From Guillardia theta CCMP2712 (Eukaryota > Protista > Cryptophyta), in contig NW_005434621.1 in NCBI RefSeq assembly GCF_000315625.1, positions 24,943-61,925 of the forward strand: DNA of 36,983 nt, in the 5' to 3' direction. Below are positions 25,601-36,983 of the stretch, piece after piece; the first letter of the stretch is position 1, and each line of letters starts with the position of its first letter. Made by a program: the position numbers and the translations under genes. The notes below the pieces were generated by a model, which was not told the DNA's origin, searched no databases, and worked only from the letters and a program-made list of their open reading frames with translations.

Positions 25601-27146
25601 GAAGGGAGCGCTGGTGGTGGTCAAGGAGGATATCCAGCTCAGGAAGGATCGACCGCAGTCTATGAGTGGACCCCTTCCTGTGAGGTTGGAGGGGAGGGTG
25701 AACGAGAGGGTTCTGTACGCGTGGAGGAGAGGGTTCGGGCCAGGGGCGAGGGAGCTGGAGCAGCAGAGAGCTTTTGCGTTCGACTACGAGTGGCCCTCGA
25801 GCCACGAGGAGGAGCTTCCGGACGGCAGGAGGAAGGTGAGGAGGAGGACGAGGAGGCTGCGGCCGAAGAAGGACTCGACTCCTCAGAACGGGATCGATCG
25901 AGGGCTGGTGAGGGTGAGAGGGGAGTGGGAGGGAGGAGGAGGGGAGGCGGTGGGCAGCCGTTGGATCCGGTATGAGTCCATCCCAGAGGACTACCAGACG
26001 GACTACGAGGGGACGAACTGGAGGAAGAGGATGATGGTGATAAGGGGAAGCTGGAGCTTCGTGGGCTGCGAGCTGCTGTGCTGCCAGGGTCGAGTGGTGG
26101 AGATGCTGGGAGGGTCGACGTTGGTGGCCCGCCGATGTAACATAGGGGGACCATCGAGAGATGACAGGTGAAGAACCCTCCTTCCCCCCCTTCCCCTTCC
26201 CCGTCCCCTTCCCCGTCCGTTTCCTTTCCCTTTTCCCCCTCCCTCTCTTCCTCCTCTACCCTCCTCTTCCTCAAGCGTTCCCGCCACACCTCCTCTTCTC
26301 TGCTCCTCCCACCTTTGCTCTCCTTCCCCTGAGTCGCCTCCAAGGTACCACAGCGCCTTTGGCATCGTAGCTTGCAACAGGTCGACAGTCGTCCTCTCGC
26401 ACTGTCGAATCAGCGACGTCATCTACTCCGCCCTCCTCCTCCTCGGCTCCTCCTCCTCCCTCGTCCAAGACTCCGAGGTCCTCCGCTGCCAGCTCGGAGT
26501 CACGCAGGCAGATTCCTCCGTCCTCCTCCTCAACCGCACAGGCTTCCACAACCACGGTGGTAGCTTCCTCGTCTACATCCCCCGCTGGGAGGAGAGGAGG
26601 GAGGACAGCGAGCTAGCGGCGGTGATCGAGGTGACGAACTGCCGGGACAGCGGGGAGAGCAGGGAGCCCTGGAAGTCAGAGACCCGCCCTCCCCTCCTCG
26701 TCGCCCGCAACAACTCGTTTGACTGCAGGACCATGCACGAGCTCGAGGAGGAGAGGATTGCGGAGGAGGTGAAGGCAGCTGAGGGAGAAGGAGTTTCAAG
26801 CCTCAGGCAAGCGCAAGGATGGAGGAAGCTTGAATCTCGCTGGGACGAGGATGGGAATCGATACATTCACCTGAGTATCTCGGACGAGGAGGACGAGGAG
26901 GAGGAGGAGGAGGAGGAGGAGGAGGAGGAGGAGGAGGAGGACGATGCTGAGAGATCGGAAGCAAGGCGATTGCTGACCAGGGCTGACTCGGGGAAAGTGC
27001 TGAGCTCGCGATCGGGGATGAGCAGTAGCGTGCAAGATGGTGAGGGGCAGGAGGAGGAGAGTTCAATACGGCATGAGAGGGCCCGAGAAACATGGGAGGA
27101 TGGGGAAGAGGTGGAAATGGCTGCAGGAAGATGGAAAGGAGAGTAG
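22605..27146 (+). CDS. Large signal-peptide protein with a C-terminal right-handed beta-helix (pectin-lyase-like) region
   Basis: Hydrophobic N-terminus MQRAILLALHFFILNAMVNG and a long exon at about 24420-26167. After intron 26168-26344 the frame continues: WSFVGCELLCCQGRVVEMLGGSTLVARRCNIGG...AFGIVACNRSTVVLSHCRISDVIYSALLLLGSSSSLVQDSEVLRCQLGV, which shows PbH1-like periodicity. Middle exons are only partly resolved; this could be two genes. Confidence 0.7.
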
Positions 27147-27435
27147 TTTGAAGAATACGGTGTAGGATAGCATGATGGTATGTACTGAAACTTTTCTAAC
27201 TTTGTTTTCCTCGTTTCTCCTCCTCCCCCCTCCCTCTCCTCCCCTTCCTCTCCTCCTTCCCACTCCCTCTCCTCCTCCCCCCTCCCTCTCCTCCCCTTCC
27301 TCTCCTCAGTCCCTTCCCTCCACTGACCTCGTTACTATACACTCTCCTCCTCCTCCAACCCCCCCCTCCCCTCCCGGCCGCCCCGCTTCGTCTCTCCCGC
27401 TCCGCATGCCCTCGTCGTCGAAGCCGCTTCCTCCG

Positions 27436-27619
27436 TCACTCCGATGCTGAGGGTTCGCGGGGTCTGCGAGCTGCGAGCACAAAATTCCTCGGGGAGATGA
27501 GAGGATCAAAGATGGGGACGAGGGCAGCAGAGACTCCTGAGATGGACGTCAGCGAGGAGGGAGGACGAGGACGAGTTGAGGAAAACGAGGACGAGGACGA
27601 GTTGACGAGTTGACGAGTT

Positions 27620-27655
<36 letters not shown>

Positions 27656-27990
27656 TGGACGAGGACGGAGGAGGAGGAGGAGAGGGGGGGGAGGAGAGAA
27701 AGGCGGGGATGAGGAGGACAAGGTTGACGAGGAATGAATGAGGTGAGGGAGGAGCAGGCGAGGGGCAAAGGGAAGGAAGATCGGGAGGACGGTAGGCAGG
27801 GGAAGAAAGGGAGAGGAGGAGAGGAGGAGAGGAGGAGAGGAGGAGAAGAAAGTGAGATGCGGGTGCGGGGATGGATACCTGGGGCCTCTCTAAGAAACAG
27901 GAGGCGGTCGAGAAGGAGGATAGACTCGATGACTGGGGCGAGGGAGAGGCGGAGGGCCTGCAAGCCAGTTAAGGAGGTGGAGCAGGAGCA

Positions 27991-28031
<41 letters not shown>

Positions 28032-28746
28032 AGGTAGTGGTAGTGGTGGTGATGGAGGAGGGAGAGGGGAGGCGGGGCAGGAGGAGGAGGAGGAGGATTA
28101 CGTAGAAGATCGCAGGGCGGTACCATCGACGCAGCTCCTCCTCCATCTCTCCATCCAGGTCCCTGTCCTCCAGTCGCCTGATGAGTTCGTCCAGCCAGTC
28201 CTCCTCCTGCGCACTGCCAGCACCAGGAGCATGCAGCGAGAGGTTCTCCCCAGAGCCCTCCTCGTCTCCTCCTCCTCGTCCTCTCTTCAACCCCCCAACT
28301 CGAGTTGAGGCTCTACGGAGCACAGCTAAGGCATACTGCTTGAAACTCCCGTGCTTGGCCGCCTGTTCTTCACTCTCACGATCTCCTCCTCCTGCCCCCC
28401 CTCCTCTTCCCCTCCTCTTTCCTTTCTCTATCCCGCTCCTGAACTTCTTTCCATTCACTCCTGTCCTCTTCTTATCTGTGTCCCGCTCCCTCGCTGNNNN
28501 NNNNNNNNNNNNNNNNNNNNNNNNNNNNNNNNNNNNNNNNNNNNNNNNNNNNNNNNNNNNNNNNNNNNNNNNNNNNNNNNNNNNNNNNNNNNNNNNNNNN
28601 NNNNNNNNNNNNNNNNNNNNNNNNNNNNNNNNNNNNNNNNNNNNNNCCCCTCTCCTACCCCAGTTATCCTCCTCCTTCCCTCCTCCGTCCCTCCTCCGTC
28701 CCATCCCCCCTCCGCCCCCTTTCTTTCCCCATGACTACCGCCCTGC

Positions 28747-28827
<81 letters not shown>

Positions 28828-30238
28828 ACCTGTTCTCTGAATTGGAATCCATCCTCATCCTGCGGAAGCCCCAGCGGCAGACCGAGGCTAGAGAGGAAGG
28901 AGCTCATGGGGTACTTGATGAAACTTTCTCCCTCCTGCCCGGCGTCCTCGTCCTCGTCCTCTTTCCTCCTTGCGCCGTTGCAGCGAACCTTCATGTAGCT
29001 GCAGAACAGATCTCAGGGATAGGACGAGATAAGGAACTGACGATTTTGGTATGAAAATTTAGCAGGAGAAGGAGCGAGGAGCGAGGAGCGAGGAGCGAGA
29101 AGCAGGGTTGTGGCAGCATCGGCGAGGAAGGGAAGGAGAGGAGGTACCAGCAGCTGACGGCGAAGAGATGACAGCATCCTTTCGTCTTAACGAAGTACTC
29201 GAGCATGTTCGGCACCAGGTCGCCACAAGCATGCAGGCAGATCAGACCAAAGTTGTCGATGCTGCTCCTGATCCCCCCGCCATCCTCCTGCTCCTGCTCC
29301 TGCTCCTGCTCCTCTATTGCCCTGTGCTTGCCCGCTGGCATGCTGCTCGTCTCGTTCAGCTCCTCCACGTCCTCCTCCTTGCTAGCACGGTGCCGCAAGT
29401 TTCCAGCGAGGGCTGAAACGACTCCTCCCTCCCTCCATTTTATCTGGTGCTGCAGGTACTTTATGTTTGCCTGCTCCAACGTTTTGCGTTACTTTCATGT
29501 AACATCGTTCTAAGTCATCTCATCTCCGGCATCCATCAAACAAAATTTCCATCTTGTGCTTTCATACATGTTGCAGTCGTACACATATTTGCCACACACA
29601 CAAAAGTTGCATTCATACACGCGTTTGCATTCATACACGTATTTGCAACACACACTTGATCGACATTCCTATCCGATTATGATACACATGTATCACCATT
29701 TCAACGTATCTTTGCAACTTTCATACACGCGGTTTCAACATCACAACTCCTTCTGCAGCTCCTCTACAAACACGACATCTCTTCTCACAGATGCAAGTTG
29801 GGCTGACGCTGCGTCCTCACCCTTGTCCTGTCGCCGCAAGTTGAACTCCAACTCCTTCCTTACCTGGGCATCCAGCCTGTTGCAACATCAGCGATGTTGC
29901 CTAGCACTGATCTCCTTCCACTTCACCTCTTCGCTTCCTGTATGTTGTTGGGATCTTGTTCGATCCCGATCACATCGATCGACCCTCTAAGGTAAGGCAT
30001 AAGCAAGGAGGAAAGCAAGAGGAACGAGGGGAGGAGAGGACAGCAACCAGGGAGGGAGAAGTAAGAGAAATAGGAGGAGGAGGAGGAGGAGGAGAACCAG
30101 GAGGAGGGGGGAGGCACGACATGAGAGGAGGGAGCTGAGGAGAGGATCATGGCAGAGGAACTTCCTCACTTGAACGAGAGCGCCCGGCACAGGTACCCCT
30201 GACCCGACCCGATGTCCACCAGGAGCGAACGAGCAGGT

Positions 30239-30286
<48 letters not shown>

Positions 30287-31612
30287 TTGCTGCTGTTGCT
30301 GCTGTTGTTGTTGCTTCTGCTGCTGTTGCTGTTGCTGTTGGTGGTGGTGGTGGTGGTGGAGGAGGAGGAGGAGAGTGTATGATTCACGAACTGGAGGAAC
30401 ATCTCCACCTTCCTCAACAGCATCAGCCGACAGCATCCAGTATGCAGCCCCTCTGTGTAGACCTCGTGCATCTTCTTGGGTGACATGCCCCTTGCAAGGC
30501 CCTCCCCGCACCTGGCTCCACTCAAACCTCCTCCCTCCACCACCCTCCCGCCCTCACCTCATCCTGTCCCCGCAGGATGGACGAATCTTGGTCTTCCTGT
30601 CAAGGGCCAGCAGCGAGATCTGGCCCAAGAACCTCAACAACGAGGAGCAGGATTTGAGCCCTGGCACGCACGTCAGCCCGTGGGAGGAGCAGCAGGAGCT
30701 TGCGCTGGGCACCTTTGACTTGCAGCAGCTGAACCACCTCCCTTGGGTTGCTCATCCTTTCGATCATCTCGATGCAATCGCTCTCAGAGAGCTTCTGCAG
30801 CCGAGGAGCGAGCAGAAGGTGCAGGAGCAGGTCAGGCCTTCCCTTGTCATGCTAGAAAGCAAGCTCACCTCGAAAGTCTCGCGCCAGTCCGAAGGGATCG
30901 AACTCCACATGTCTTTGACGTAGAAGTCCGTGACATGTCCCTTTACCTTCAACCAGCGTCATCGAATCTTCCCCTCCCTCCCTCCCCTCCCTCTTGCGCT
31001 TGCTCTCGCTCCCCCTCCCCCTCCTTTCCTCTGCAGCAATACACAATTCTACCCACCAGGTATTCGAACTCTTCAAAGAATGCCACAAGTTGCTTCAATC
31101 TGTCTTGAATGGCCTCCTGCAAGTCAGAAGGGATCACCATAGGATCCGGGAACAAGTCGCACGAGTGTACATCAGGTGTTGTCCAGTCAATGTCTGTCTC
31201 AACATCGACGAGTCAGAGTTCTCATCAAAATCTAGAGAGGGTGGTAAAGGACGACTCAGAGCAGACCCAAGGGATCAAAGGCATGAAAAGAAGGAGTGAA
31301 TTAATAAAGGAATAAATCAACAAAGGAATGAAACGATGAACAGAGCGAAAGGAATGCAAGGGGTCAAAGGATGAAAGCAACCAAAGGAACCACAGGGATC
31401 TAAGAGGAAGTTGGTCGACCTGACGCAGCTGGCATGCTATCGTCTGTCTTGGGCCCCTCCTCCTCGTCGCAGAGCATCTCGTCTCGTACCTCCCAGCCGC
31501 CAACCCGCTGAGGCTGCTCCATGTTTCCAGGTCCCACAAGTATCCTCCTGACGCTAAAGTCTTCTCCGCTGTCTCTGCCATCGTCAAGCTCGTCAGACTC
31601 TTCAGCTTCCAT
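27436..31612 (-). CDS. METTL25/RRNAD1-family SAM-dependent methyltransferase
   Basis: HVTDFYVKDMWSSIPSDWRE, MSPKKMHEV, LVDIGSGQGYLCRALSF (motif I), LHACGDL, LRLSLAPVIESILLLDRLLFLRE and LVPIFDPLISPRNFVLAA. Start is tentative; the gene contains a gap. Confidence 0.88.
28497..28646. other. Assembly gap
   Basis: N run. Confidence 0.99.
28748..28827 (+). repeat. (CTGCTC)n hexanucleotide microsatellite, intronic
   Basis: About 13 tandem units. Confidence 0.95.
29555..29745 (+). repeat. Degenerate minisatellite (TTGCATTCATACACG-like units) within the methyltransferase gene, probably intronic
   Basis: Recurrent TTGCA / TTCATACAC / ACACAC words at roughly 18-20 bp spacing. Confidence 0.7.
30238..30370 (-). 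repeat. CAG/CAA/CAC microsatellite lying in frame within the methyltransferase
   Basis: (AACAGC)n reads SSSSSTTTTTTNSNSNS...N in the same frame as both FLQFVNHT and LVDIGSG. Confidence 0.85.
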
Positions 31613-32064
31613 TGTCGGCACGGATCTACTGACATGATCCTGCGCTGTGGGGTGACGAAACACTTGTCGCTTTCATGGGATACCAGCGATGAGACGCAGC
31701 AGCACAGGACCAGCAGGTGGCGCAGCAAACTAACTCCTGGCGTATTTGAGGAGGACAAGAGTAGGAGCCTGAGGGAGCAAGTGGTCATTGATGTAGAGGA
31801 TAGAGGGATCGCAAGGAATGGGGGCGGAAAATAGAGAGATTACAGGAGAGGCAGCAGGGAGTCCAAGGAGCAGGGAGCAGAGGGAGGGGGATGATGAAGC
31901 AGGAGGAACGCACAGAAAGAGGGAGAGAGGAGCTGGGGAAGGGGAGGGTGGGGTGGGTGGGAGCAAGAGGGGGAGCGGGCGGAGGGAAGGAGAGAGTTGT
32001 TGGAGTGGGGGCGAGCATGGCCACAGATGGCCAGGAGACTGATTTCAGTGAGGCAGACTCAGTA

Positions 32065-32305
32065 TTGACTAAAGATGTACGTAGCTCCGCTGACAATATT
32101 GACTACAAGGCCGGAAGGCGTAAGGAAATATTGACTATAAGTGTAGTGGGGGGGTTCAGAGGGTGGTAGAGGCGTTGACATTGACTAGAGCGCAATGATT
32201 GACTACAGGACCTTATATTAATTGACTATGATACCAGAAAGCTTTGACTACAATGCTTCCTTTCGACTACATTTTGACTATAGTAGTGCAGATCAAAATT
32301 GACTA
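32065..32305 (+). promoter_or_regulatory. Homotypic TTGACTA motif array between the divergent methyltransferase and 14-3-3 genes
   Basis: TTGACTA at 32065, 32099, 32131, 32181, 32199, 32222, 32244, 32274 and 32299; TCGACTA at 32263; a further copy at 32600. The regulatory role is inferred from position. Confidence 0.7.
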
Positions 32306-32619
32306 CAAGGGTGATACGGCCACACCGGCCCCCTACGTTGAAAACAAAAGTATTTTAACTTTCTTCCATAAGTAGAAATACTAAATCTGTATATAAATTT
32401 CTCGAAGAAATAAAAATGTATTAAGTTGCTGATGAGTATAGATACCAAAGCTTCTCTTGTACCAATATGTTTAAAATTTTATATCATATACCACCAAGAC
32501 TCAGCTTTTGTATTACAACATACCAATTTTAGTTCTGTAGTACAAAAGTTGCTGCCAGGAACCTCTAATACTGTTTTTAAAGACCCGCAGGGTTCATTCT
32601 TGACTATAGTACAGGCGCG

Positions 32620-33348
32620 ATGGCGGAGGATCGGCAGCAACTAGTGTTCATGGCGAAGCTCGCGGAGCAGTCGGAGCGATACGACGAGATGAAGGAAGGA
32701 ATGATGCAGATTGTTGAGCTCGGCCCTCAGCTCACCCTTGAGGAGAGAGAGATGCTCTCCATCGCATACAAGCATTGTGTCGGCAACCGCCGTACCTCGT
32801 CCCGTATCATTTCAGCGATGGAGGAGAAGGATGCAAACAAGAAGGACCCGGACAGCTTGGAGAAGATCAGGGAGTACAGGGTGAAGGTGGACGAAGAGCT
32901 GAAGTTCCTCTGCGAGGAGATCATCAGGCTCCTCGATATGAAGCTTATCCCCAACGCGGCCGATGATGAGAACTTGGTCTACTACAACAAGATGAAAGGA
33001 GACTACTTTCGCTACCTTGCTGAGTGCCTCCCAGAGCCTGATCGCTCCAAGTACGCTGAGAGCTCAAGAGCTTCCTACCAGACCGCAAGCGAGATCGCAG
33101 AGAAGCTGTCTCCTACCAACCCCACCCGCCTTGGACTTGCCCTCAACTACACTGTGCTGCAGTTCGAGGTTCTGAAGCAGACCGAGGAGGCGTGCAAGCT
33201 CGCCAAGAAGGCCTTCGATGATGCGATCGAGCAGGTGGACTCGCTGGACGAGGCTCACTACAAGGAGAGCTCGACCATCATGCAGCTCCTGCGCGACAAC
33301 CTCACAACCTGGACAGCGGACATGCACGTCTCTACAGCTGATGAATGA
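32620..33348 (+). CDS. 14-3-3 protein, divergent paralog with an intronless CDS
   Basis: 242 aa ORF containing AKLAEQSERYDEM, KMKGDYFRYLAE, PTRLGLALN, AKKAFDDAI and IMQLLRDNLTTW. Confidence 0.98.
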   Translation: MAEDRQQLVFMAKLAEQSERYDEMKEGMMQIVELGPQLTLEEREMLSIAYKHCVGNRRTSSRIISAMEEKDANKKDPDSLEKIREYRVKVDEELKFLCEEIIRLLDMKLIPNAADDENLVYYNKMKGDYFRYLAECLPEPDRSKYAESSRASYQTASEIAEKLSPTNPTRLGLALNYTVLQFEVLKQTEEACKLAKKAFDDAIEQVDSLDEAHYKESSTIMQLLRDNLTTWTADMHVSTADE

Positions 33349-33478
33349 GAGGTAGGGGGTTGCATCCCAGGGGAACAGATCGTCTTTGCAAGCTCGTGAC
33401 CTCTCTTGCGATTTCAATTTTGAATAACATGAAGCAGCATGGGTGCGCCTGTCCCGTCCCGTCCCCTCCTCTAGGGCT

Positions 33479-34524
33479 CTAACCGTGCAGGGGCTCGGAG
33501 CTCTTTGCGTTCGGATCGAACTTGTCTGTGTCCTCCCAGCAATCTGTCATCAGACCTGCTCGTCCAACTTCAGCTCGCACTCGCTCCTTGCCCCCATGGT
33601 GAACCTGACCTGCGCTCTCCGCTGTTATCGAGACCCCTCTACAGAGGAGGTGGTAGTCGTGCGAGGGAGCAGAAGCTTGTTCTTCCCCTGACCTCTCGCT
33701 CGATCTGCCGCCTCTCACGCACTCCATAATGACGTCCCGCAGTGCCTGCGTCGTTGACATGTCACTGTTAGCAAGTAACACCAACTCAGCCAGTCATGAT
33801 CACCTCAGGGAAGTTGTTCATGCCGTGAAAGCCCGGAAAGTAGTTGAGGTCAACGATGTAGAACTCATTCGTGTCTGAGAGCGATGAAAAATCATCATGC
33901 TTGTAGACTTGTGCCAGCGTGAAACCTCGTCTGCGAACGACGTCGACGCCGAACAGCCGAGGGGGGCCAGGCGGGTCGTGGTTGAACTCCATGGCGATCG
34001 CCTGGCATATCAGATCCCGAATCGCCGTGAGGGCAGAGGCTGAGGGGACGCGTCAGGAGAGGCGTGTACAGGAGGAGGCGACTTGACCCGGCAACTTGGT
34101 CGCGTCGGAGATGGTCTTCCTGTAGTCCTCAGAGTTCTCTTGCTGCAGTTTCCTGGAAGCTCTTCAGCATCTGGGGAGCAGGGGGAAGGCGGCATGCCTG
34201 GCGATTGCGTCGGACGAGACACGAGAAAAGGGGAGGAATTTCTCCCTGCTGCCAAAGTCGTTGGGGATGGACGGCCTGCGAGATGTGAGGCAGCGTGGAG
34301 GTTTGAAGATGATCGAGGTCATCATAGACAACAAGATCAACTCTTGACAAAAGTCCTCACAATCATCAAAATCAAAATCAAAATCAAATCCAAAACCAAA
34401 GTCATCGTTCTCATTCTCATCTCCTCCTCAGCCACCACCACCATCACTAGAACCATCACCACCACCACCATTACCATCATCATCACCATCACTAGACCAT
34501 CATCATCACCATCATCATCGTCAT

Positions 34525-34556
<32 letters not shown>

Positions 34557-36187
34557 TCACCACCACCACCACCACCACCACCACCACCACCACCACCACC
34601 ACATGGTGTTCATCAGATCTCTACCTGTGAATGACACATAGCTGCGATCCAACGCAATAGATCTGTCCATCGGATAACCATCATCTCTACCTTCAAAAAC
34701 ATTAGATCTCTCTCTCTCACCTTATAGATCATCTTGTTGTGGGGCACAAACTCCTGGCATCGATGTAAGGAGAAAACAGATGTCTGGCGTCAGGTCACCT
34801 GCACTAGACATGGCACAATTTTGTGCAATCTTTTCCTGATCTCCTCAAGTTCCCAGGCAATGAACAAGTCGTGGGAGGAAGCTCTACAGAGGAAAGAAAG
34901 AACTCACATTCTGTGAGCAAACTCGAAAGTTCCCCACCGCCCATCATCGTACACAGGTTTGATCACAACCTGAAAATTGTTCATTGAGAGCTCAGAGAGT
35001 AAGAGACCAGAAAACCGGAAGATTCATCGAATGGTTCTTGAAAGCAAACTCGACGTCAGCTCCATTCTCCAGCACGAAACTCTTTGGCATTCTAGCCAAA
35101 AGAAATTGATGCTACGATCGACTAGAATGGAAAGAAAACGTATTACCTGATTGACCAGTGGAAGTCTCCAACTTCTTCCTCCTTCGCTTTCAGTTCCACC
35201 TCATCCTGTCCTTCCCTTCTTCCCTTGTCCTGCCTCTCCCTCTGTCCCTCTCCCTCTCCCGTGTCCTCCAGACTTCCTTGAACAGCATGACAAGGATCTA
35301 GTTTAGGACAGCAACGCAGGAAGTCCATCCCCTGAGCTCTGATCGTCTCCTGCATCCTTGAAACAACCTGCAGGACAAACAGTGAGGGCATGGAGTCGTT
35401 CAAGATTCAGAGTGCAAGTATTATTCACAGCAATCAGGCGTGAACATCTCTAACTACCACACCAAACAGGCAAAAGATCTCTCAACAATCAAACAAGAGG
35501 ATCGGTCAACAACCCTGGGCCTGGAGCTCATGAATCTCTGCAGCCTCATCGGATCGAGGACGGGGACGCCTTTGTTGCGCTCCTCCCACCTGGACGACCA
35601 AGACTCTCAGAGCATGGCAGAGGAGGCGCGTCATTGCTCCGCGCACTCATCCTCCCTTCACCTCTGCATCTGATCCACCAGCCTCTGCTTCTCCACGGAT
35701 TCTTCCTCGCAAGCAAACAGATGCCTAGCATGAGCATCACTGCCGTCAGCCCCCGTCCCCCCTTTCCCAGTCTTCACTGCTGGCTCACTGCGAATGGCTG
35801 AGGAGTACGGCTCCGTCCCATCTCCCTGGCGCCGCTCCATCCATCTCGAGGTCCTCGAAGCTTCCGCATGCCATGTCAGCATCATCGTCAACTGATCTCC
35901 TCCATGCCTCTCACTCACTTCACTCGGATCCCCCTTGCCGCAAAGCTCTGCTGAAGGTGTTCCAGGATCCGTTTCTTCTTCTGAGGAAGAACGAGGCCGA
36001 TGCGCATCGGTTGCCGCACCGGCGACGAGTTGTCGTGCTGCGATGAAGAGACGCCATGGCTCCTCAGCCTCGGGACCAGGCGATATGAGACACCATGGGA
36101 GGATCCCTGGGATGCCGGCGTCTCTCGGGCCTCGCGCAGATTGTTCGGATCGCTGCTGCTGCATTCATTCCTCCTGAAAGAATACAT
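33479..36187 (-). CDS. ITPK1: Inositol-tetrakisphosphate 1-kinase / Ins(1,3,4)P3 5/6-kinase (ATP-grasp)
   Basis: RIGLVLPQKKKRIL, VVIKPV, QEFVPHNKMIYK, RPSIPN, LFGVDVV and FYIVDLNYFPGFHGMNNFPE. The start may extend into the gap at 36219. Confidence 0.87.
34362..34602 (+). repeat. (ATCAAA)/(ATC)/(ACC) microsatellite complex in an ITPK1 intron
   Basis: Tandem tri- and hexanucleotide runs. Confidence 0.9.
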
Positions 36188-36218
36188 TCCTCCTCCTCCT
36201 CCTCCTACACCACCACCA

Positions 36219-36692
36219 NNNNNNNNNNNNNNNNNNNNNNNNNNNNNNNNNNNNNNNNNNNNNNNNNNNNNNNNNNNNNNNNNNNNNNNNNNNNNNNNNN
36301 NNNNNNNNNNNNNNNNNNNNNNNNNNNNNNNNNNNNNNNNNNNNNNNNNNNNNNNNNNNNNNNNNNNNNNNNNNNNNNNNNNNNNNNNNNNNNNNNNNNN
36401 NNNNNNNNNNNNNNNNNNNNNNNNNNNNNNNNNNNNNNNNNNNNNNNNNNNNNNNNNNNNNNNNNNNNNNNNNNNNNNNNNNNNNNNNNNNNNNNNNNNN
36501 NNNNNNNNNNNNNNNNNNNNNNNNNNNNNNNNNNNNNNNNNNNNNNNNNNNNNNNNNNNNNNNNNNNNNNNNNNNNNNNNNNNNNNNNNNNNNNNNNNNN
36601 NNNNNNNNNNNNNNNNNNNNNNNNNNNNNNNNNNNNNNNNNNNNNNNNNNNNNNNNNNNNNNNNNNNNNNNNNNNNNNNNNNNNNNNNNNNN
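36219..36692. other. Assembly gap
   Basis: N run. Confidence 0.99.
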
Positions 36693-36983
36693 GAATGAGT
36701 GTGCCACGTATGTTGGTAGAACTGCACAAAAAGCGTGGGGGCCCACCTGTGGGGCCCAGCGTGGGTCCCTGCGTGCAGCCTTCGTGGCGCTTCCCTGCAT
36801 GGGGGCCCCGGGTGTGGCCCCGGGCCCGGCGGGGCCCGGATGAGCCCGGGACTCTCTCCGTCTCACGCCACTAGCGACAGCAGTGGGCAGGACGAGGGTT
36901 GGTCTGTGCGACGTGACTCAGCCTCACCCGGCAGCAGTCACTGAGTACAGGAAGAATAACTACGTTAAATGAGATACACCGTT

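Noticed and set aside
32065-32305. TTGACTA array as a CRISPR array
   Set aside because: The repeat is only 7-9 bp, spacing is irregular (11-50 bp), there are no cas genes and the context is eukaryotic.
13684-36187. FNTB, Ca2+ kinase, 14-3-3 and ITPK1 as a signalling gene cluster
   Set aside because: Mixed orientations, unrelated genes in between and no shared upstream motif; these are common eukaryotic families.

Overview
Eukaryotic, intron-rich nuclear DNA. A predicted bipartite plastid-targeting peptide (signal peptide then Phe), many 40-55 nt introns and GGA/CCT low-complexity introns suggest a cryptophyte alga of the Guillardia/Hanusia type; this is inference. Manual splicing supports ten genes, in order: the 3' end of a WD40 axonemal dynein intermediate chain (+); a plastid-targeted two-TM LPA1/DUF3493-like protein (-); an F-box/kelch protein (-); a multi-TM alpha/beta-hydrolase-fold protein (+); farnesyltransferase beta (-); a CaMK-type kinase with four EF-hands (-); a signal-peptide beta-helix protein (+); a METTL25-family methyltransferase (-); a divergent intronless 14-3-3 (+); and ITPK1 (-). 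There are four assembly gaps. Most entries in the ORF track are low-complexity or antisense artefacts. The least explained signals are non-coding: a same-strand TTGACTA array upstream of the 14-3-3 gene, a ~240 bp foldback, a 46-90 bp element shared by two divergent intergenic regions, and intergenic blocks each dominated by one short motif. Exon boundaries and especially start codons were read by eye and are approximate.
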